Shown here piece by piece: positions 27,469 through 32,027 of a stretch of 32,027 bases of DNA. The DNA is from a candidate division WOR-3 bacterium. GTDB lineage: Bacteria > Hydrothermota > Tepidihabitantia > SM23-42 > JAOAFX01. The first letter of the stretch is position 1; each line of letters opens with the position of its first letter. The DNA is taken from assembly GCA_037444665.1 (NCBI GenBank), contig JBBILZ010000028.1:1-32027 (forward strand). The letters are read 5' to 3'. Below the pieces are notes generated by a model, which was not told where the DNA came from, made no database searches, and saw only the letters and a program-made list of their open reading frames with translations. A program made the position numbers and the translations under genes.

Positions 27469-27886
27469 ATTTTATTCCCTCTTCTCTTTTGATAAATCTT
27501 GTTTTTATTGGCAATTTTCTGGCTGCGATGCGTAAAAGTTCCTTCGCCTCATCCTGTGCGACCCCTTCAATTTCAAACAGAACTCTTCCTGGTTTTACTA
27601 CACTTACCCAGAATTCAGGCATACCCTTGCCTTTTCCCATTCTTGTTTCTGCTGGTTTTTTTGTCACTGGTTTATCAGGGAAGATTCTTACCCACATTTT
27701 GGCACCTTTTTTCATACTGTGCGAAATTGCGACTCTTGCTGCTTCAATCTGCCTTGCCGTGATCCACGCGGGTTCAAGTGCTATTAAACCGTATTCACCG
27801 AAGGCAATGGAGTTACCACTTGTTGCCTTACCTTTTCTACGACCTCTTTGTTGTTTACGGTATTTAACTTTTTTCGGTTCTAACAT
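27455..27886 (-). CDS. rplP: 50S ribosomal protein L16
   Basis: [25 protein letters not shown]. Confidence 0.98.
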   Translation of the reverse strand: MLEPKKVKYRKQQRGRRKGKATSGNSIAFGEYGLIALEPAWITARQIEAARVAISHSMKKGAKMWVRIFPDKPVTKKPAETRMGKGKGMPEFWVSVVKPGRVLFEIEGVAQDEAKELLRIAARKLPIKTRFIKREEGIKYEGL

Positions 27887-28509
27887 TACTGGACATCTCC
27901 TTTATATATCCAAACCTTGATGCCGACTGTCCCATATATTGTAAAAGCAGTAGAACGGGCAAAATCAATATCGGCTTTAATTGTTTGCAATGGCACGCGA
28001 CCTTCGCGATACCATTCAGAACGGGCAATTTCCGCACCACCCAATCTTCCACCACAAGTTACTTTGATACCTCTGGCGCCAATCTTCATCGCCGAAATAA
28101 CGACTCTTTTCATTGCCCTGCGATGGGAAATTCTCTGTTCAATCTGCCGCGCAATGTTCTGCGCAACCAGAGCAGCATCAAGTTCCGGAATTCTGACTTC
28201 TTCAATATTGATAGCCACTTCATTCTTAACCAAACTTTTTATTTCTTCATGCAGTTTTTTTATCTCCTCACCGCCCTTACCAATGACCTTACCGGGCTGG
28301 GCAGTGTATATTGTAATGATTACCTTGTTTGATACGCGCCTGATAACAACATTTGAAACCATTGAATCAGAAAGGCGCTTATTTAAATAACGACGAATCT
28401 TAAAATCTTCGGTAACCATTTTTGCATACCCGGTTTCATCAAACCATTTTGATTTCCAATCTTTTGTAATACCAAGGCGAAAACCTATAGGATGAGATTT
28501 TTGACCCAT
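27886..28509 (-). CDS. rpsC: 30S ribosomal protein S3
   Basis: [34 protein letters not shown]. Confidence 0.98.
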   Translation of the reverse strand: MGQKSHPIGFRLGITKDWKSKWFDETGYAKMVTEDFKIRRYLNKRLSDSMVSNVVIRRVSNKVIITIYTAQPGKVIGKGGEEIKKLHEEIKSLVKNEVAINIEEVRIPELDAALVAQNIARQIEQRISHRRAMKRVVISAMKIGARGIKVTCGGRLGGAEIARSEWYREGRVPLQTIKADIDFARSTAFTIYGTVGIKVWIYKGDVQ

Positions 28510-28877
28510 TATTCTCCTTTCTTTGTCGGAATTGGTTTCCGAGAATCAACGACAAGTGTTATGTGGCAGGTTCTTTTTCTAATCATGGTGGGACTTCCTC
28601 TGAAACCCGGTCGCCACCTTTTCATCTGAGGACCTTCATTAGCAGTTGCCTCTTTTACATAAAGGTCTTTATCATCTATGCGTATTGCTCCAACACGATT
28701 CTTTAAATTAGCCACTGCTGAATTTAGGGTCTTGAGAACCGGTATCTTTGAGCGTGAGTGATGGATGCTGAGAATTGCTCTCGCTTCAGGAACATCCTTA
28801 CCCTTTATAATTCTTAAAATTTTTCGCACCTTTAATGCTGATATTCTTTCGTATCTTTTTATTGCACGAACCATCAT
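28509..28877 (-). CDS. rplV: 50S ribosomal protein L22
   Basis: [12 protein letters not shown]...IRKRTCHIT; position in the S10 cluster. Confidence 0.95.
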   Translation of the reverse strand: MMVRAIKRYERISALKVRKILRIIKGKDVPEARAILSIHHSRSKIPVLKTLNSAVANLKNRVGAIRIDDKDLYVKEATANEGPQMKRWRPGFRGSPTMIRKRTCHITLVVDSRKPIPTKKGE

Positions 28878-29167
28878 TTCTCAAACTCTCTTTCTTTTTC
28901 TGCCTTCCTTGTGCCAGAATGGGCACGGAATGTTCTTGTTGGTGCAAACTCACCAAGTTTGTGCCCAACCATTCTTTCCGTGATATAGACCGGGATAAAG
29001 CGATTTCCATTATGGACTGCAATAGTAAAACCAACAAATTCCGGTGGAATCACAGAACTTCTTGCCCAGGTCTTTATAACCTTTTTCTCTTTTGTTTCAA
29101 TCAAGTGATTAATCTTTTTTAGAAGTTTCTGGTCTACATAAGGACCTTTTTTAAGCGAACGGGACAT
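28874..29167 (-). CDS. rpsS: 30S ribosomal protein S19
   Basis: [29 protein letters not shown]. Confidence 0.98.
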   Translation of the reverse strand: MSRSLKKGPYVDQKLLKKINHLIETKEKKVIKTWARSSVIPPEFVGFTIAVHNGNRFIPVYITERMVGHKLGEFAPTRTFRAHSGTRKAEKEREFEK

Positions 29168-29988
29168 TACTTTCTCCTTTTTAGTATGAATTTATCAGAA
29201 ATTTTCTTCTTTTTTCTCGTTTTTTTGCCTTTGGTCAACCAACCCCAGGGTGAGGTAGGGTGCCTTCCACCGTGCGACCTACCTTCACCACCACCTAATG
29301 GATGGTCAATTGGATTCATTGCCACACCACGCACATACGGTCTTATACCTTTATGTCTGTTTCTGCCCGCTTTACCAATAGAGATACTTGAATGTAATGG
29401 ATTGGATACCTTTCCAATCGTTGCTCTACAGCGTAAATCTATTAAACGGACTTCACCAGAAGGTAATTTAATGTGGGCATAATTTCCTTCTTTTGCCATA
29501 ATCTGACAGGATAACCCGGCGCTTCGCACCAGTTCACCACCTTTTTTGGGCGCTATTTCAACATTATGTATTTCAACACCCAGTGGAATATTATTCAACG
29601 AAAGACAATTGCCAATTTTGATAGGGGCATCTTCGCCAGATACGACAGTATCACCAACATTGAGCCCATCAGGGCACAATATGTATCGTTTTTCTCCATC
29701 TTTGTAAGTAATCAGGGCAATCAAGGCGCTGCGATTTGGGTCGTATTCTATCGCACATACTATTGCTGGAATATTGTCTTTATCGCGTCTAAAGTCTATC
29801 ACCCTTATCTTTTTATGATGTCCACCACCGCGATGCCGCGCAGTTAATCTACCCAGATTGTTTCTACCTCCGGTTCTCTTTTGTGAAATGATTAGTTTCT
29901 TCTCTGGTTTTTTCTTTGTTATTGGCGGCACATTAACAGTATAGAAACGGCGTGCCGGAGTTAATGGACGGTATACTTTTATTCCCAT
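29167..29988 (-). CDS. rplB: 50S ribosomal protein L2
   Basis: [32 protein letters not shown]. Confidence 0.98.
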   Translation of the reverse strand: MGIKVYRPLTPARRFYTVNVPPITKKKPEKKLIISQKRTGGRNNLGRLTARHRGGGHHKKIRVIDFRRDKDNIPAIVCAIEYDPNRSALIALITYKDGEKRYILCPDGLNVGDTVVSGEDAPIKIGNCLSLNNIPLGVEIHNVEIAPKKGGELVRSAGLSCQIMAKEGNYAHIKLPSGEVRLIDLRCRATIGKVSNPLHSSISIGKAGRNRHKGIRPYVRGVAMNPIDHPLGGGEGRSHGGRHPTSPWGWLTKGKKTRKKKKISDKFILKRRK

Positions 29989-30272
29989 TATACACCCTCT
30001 ATTATTTCAATTTTCTGGCCTGCTTTTATCCAGACCGAAGCTTTTTTATAACCAGGACGATAACCACTTGAGCGGCCGAGCCTGCGCAATTTGCCACGAT
30101 AATTGGTTGTTCGCACATTTACTACATTTACATTGAATAATTTTTCAATTGCTTTTTTAATCAATTGTTTTGTTGCATTCTTTACAACAAGAAATTGATA
30201 ACAATTATATTCTCTTAGTCGGTCCGATTTTTCAGTGATAAGCGGTTTAATTATTACTTGTTCGTAACGCAT
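29988..30272 (-). CDS. rplW: 50S ribosomal protein L23
   Basis: [21 protein letters not shown]. Confidence 0.96.
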   Translation of the reverse strand: MRYEQVIIKPLITEKSDRLREYNCYQFLVVKNATKQLIKKAIEKLFNVNVVNVRTTNYRGKLRRLGRSSGYRPGYKKASVWIKAGQKIEIIEGV

Positions 30273-30886
30273 CTTTTCTCCAATTCTGCGATACTATTTT
30301 TTGTAAAAAGTAGATAATCAGCAGAAATAACATCATAGCAATTTATATCCGCTGCCCTTTTTAACACAATGCCCGGAATATTCTGGGCAGCAAGTAAAAT
30401 ATTTTTATTGATAGCGTTTGTGCTGATCAATAATTTTGCATTATTGAGATTGAGCTTCTTTAATATTTCCTGTAATGCCTTTGTCTTGGGTGTATCAAGG
30501 ACAATATCTTCTATCACAATAATTTTATTTTCTTTTGCCACAGCGCTGAGTGCGGATAACAGGGCGAGGGTCTTCTTTCTTTTAGGAACAGTTTTGTAAT
30601 AATCTCTTGGTTTTGGACCGAAAACTACACCACCTTTACGCCAGATTGGAGACCGAATACTACCATGCCTTGCCCAACCAATACCTTTCTGTCGCCATGG
30701 TTTTTTACCACCGCCCTTTACTTCAGCACGCGTCTTTGCTTTTGCCGTTCCTTGTCTTTGGTTATTTAAGATCGTAAAGGCTATTTCCCAGAGCAGTGTT
30801 TTATTGACTTTGTTTTCAAAAATATCCTTGGGTAATTTAATATTTCCTATTTCTTCGCCGTTCTGATTATATAACTTTGTTTCCAT
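30254..30886 (-). CDS. rplD: 50S ribosomal protein L4
   Basis: RQGT..AKTRAEV.GGGKKPWRQKG, GG.VFGPKPR. Confidence 0.97.
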   Translation of the reverse strand: METKLYNQNGEEIGNIKLPKDIFENKVNKTLLWEIAFTILNNQRQGTAKAKTRAEVKGGGKKPWRQKGIGWARHGSIRSPIWRKGGVVFGPKPRDYYKTVPKRKKTLALLSALSAVAKENKIIVIEDIVLDTPKTKALQEILKKLNLNNAKLLISTNAINKNILLAAQNIPGIVLKRAADINCYDVISADYLLFTKNSIAELEKRCVTNK

Positions 30887-31497
30887 TATTCTTCCTTAAG
30901 TAATAATAACCAACCATTTTTGGCACCGGGAACAGCACCATTGAGATAGATAAGATTGTTTTCAATCTTTAAAATTTTTAAATTTTTAATGGTGACCCTT
31001 TCATTTCCATAATGACCCGGCATAGTTTTCCCTTTCAGGATTCTTCCGGGGTCAGAATGTCCATGGCTGGCTGAGCCAATTCGCCGGTGGGACATAGACC
31101 CGTGCGAACCAGGACCGCCTTTCCAACCCCATCTTTTCATTCCGCCACTGAAACCTCTACCTTTTGTATAACCACTAACTTTTATTTTATCTCCTACCGC
31201 AAAAATTTTTGTATCCAGGACATCGCCAACCTTATATTTTTCAATATTATTAACCCTTATTTCAGTAAGCCACCTTGCCGATTGTAAGTTTGCCTTTTTC
31301 AGGTGCCCGGCAAGTGGTTTATTAATTTTTTTCTTTGTTCCGAATGCAATCTGTATTGCCTTATAGCCATTGTTTTTATCATCTTTTATCTGAACAACTG
31401 GGCAGGGACCTGCCTCTACTATACAGACTGGCATTATTTTTCCATCATCAGTAAATATCTGAGACATTCCGATTTTTTTACCAATCAATCCAATCAT
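30886..31497 (-). CDS. rplC: 50S ribosomal protein L3
   Basis: GLIGKKIGMSQ, KGRGFSG.MKRW, MPGHYG, GAVPG. Confidence 0.97.
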   Translation of the reverse strand: MIGLIGKKIGMSQIFTDDGKIMPVCIVEAGPCPVVQIKDDKNNGYKAIQIAFGTKKKINKPLAGHLKKANLQSARWLTEIRVNNIEKYKVGDVLDTKIFAVGDKIKVSGYTKGRGFSGGMKRWGWKGGPGSHGSMSHRRIGSASHGHSDPGRILKGKTMPGHYGNERVTIKNLKILKIENNLIYLNGAVPGAKNGWLLLLKEE

Positions 31498-31576
31498 AGT
31501 ATTTCCTTGTTTGGTCTGAAACTAATTCTTAGAATTGATCCGGTCCCTGAGAATTGAAATATTGTATTTTTAGTCA

Positions 31577-31882
31577 TCATATTGCTTTGACCTCAACATA
31601 AACACCGGCAGGTATTTCAAGTTTGTTTAAGGCATCAATGATATCCGGGGTAACATCATTGAGTTCTATTAGCCGCTTGTGCACACGTAACTCAAACTGT
31701 TCACGCGATTTTTTGTCCACATGTGGTGAGCGGAGAACCGTGTAGAGTGAACGTTCAGTAGGTAATGGCACAGGTCCTGACATTTTAATACCAAATCTTT
31801 TTACCGTATCAACAATAGATTTTACTGATTGGTCCAGTATCCTGTGGTCATATGATTTTAGCCTTATTCTTAATTTATTCAT
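31577..31882 (-). CDS. rpsJ: 30S ribosomal protein S10
   Basis: [29 protein letters not shown]. Confidence 0.98.
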   Translation of the reverse strand: MNKLRIRLKSYDHRILDQSVKSIVDTVKRFGIKMSGPVPLPTERSLYTVLRSPHVDKKSREQFELRVHKRLIELNDVTPDIIDALNKLEIPAGVYVEVKAI

Positions 31883-31899
31883 TTATTTGCCTTTTTTAT

Positions 31900-32027
31900 C
31901 TATTCTATTATTTTTGTTACGACGCCTGCACCGACCGTCTTACCACCTTCACGAATTGCAAACCGTAAACCCTGCTCAATCGCCACCGGCGTAATCAACT
32001 CCACCTCTAAATTCGCATTATCACCAG
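31900..32027 (-). CDS. tuf: Elongation factor Tu, C-terminal end (partial)
   Basis: Manual translation [44 protein letters not shown] at 31900-31902. Confidence 0.97.
   Translation of the reverse strand, partial: GDNANLEVELITPVAIEQGLRFAIREGGKTVGAGVVTKIIE

Noticed and set aside
25610..31557. Plus-strand ORFs opposite the ribosomal protein genes
   Set aside because: Antisense shadows of highly conserved genes, with no recognisable motifs.
31498..31576. 79-nt rpsJ-rplC spacer with short AATTCT/AGAATT inverted repeats as a regulatory RNA
   Set aside because: Stems are short and AT-rich; cannot be supported without comparative data.

Overview
Low-GC bacterial chromosomal window with dense coding and no CRISPR, rRNA, tRNA or transposase. 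The gene style suggests an anaerobe such as candidate division WOR-3, but that is a weak inference. Left to right: (1) a partial secreted protein with seven FG-GAP/VCBS repeats and Ig-like repeats, missed by the ORF track; (2) a four-gene LipA-independent lipoate assembly operon (lipoate ligase fused to a Cys-rich DUF116-like domain, lipT-like, lipS1, lipS2); (3) a HAMP-like membrane protein; (4) radical SAM-tyrS; (5) glcD-like-nrdG-like; (6) mreB-mreC-mreD-mrdA-rodA; (7) an acidic Cys-motif protein; (8) tilS-hpt-ftsH-folE; (9) an FN3 lipoprotein with a structured 5' leader and a REP-like palindrome; (10) a cytoplasmic C25/gingipain-like protease with two small partner genes; (11) tuf(partial)-S10-spc ribosomal cluster that ends at rpsN. 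The strongest unexplained pattern is that all ten sigma70-like promoters I could read have a 16-bp spacer rather than 17. Six of them place an SD-less ATG only 5-10 nt after the -10 box, implying leaderless or near-leaderless mRNAs. Other oddities are an in-frame stop between the strong SD/TTG and the body of mreB, and unusual residues in the L4 and L22 exit-tunnel loops.
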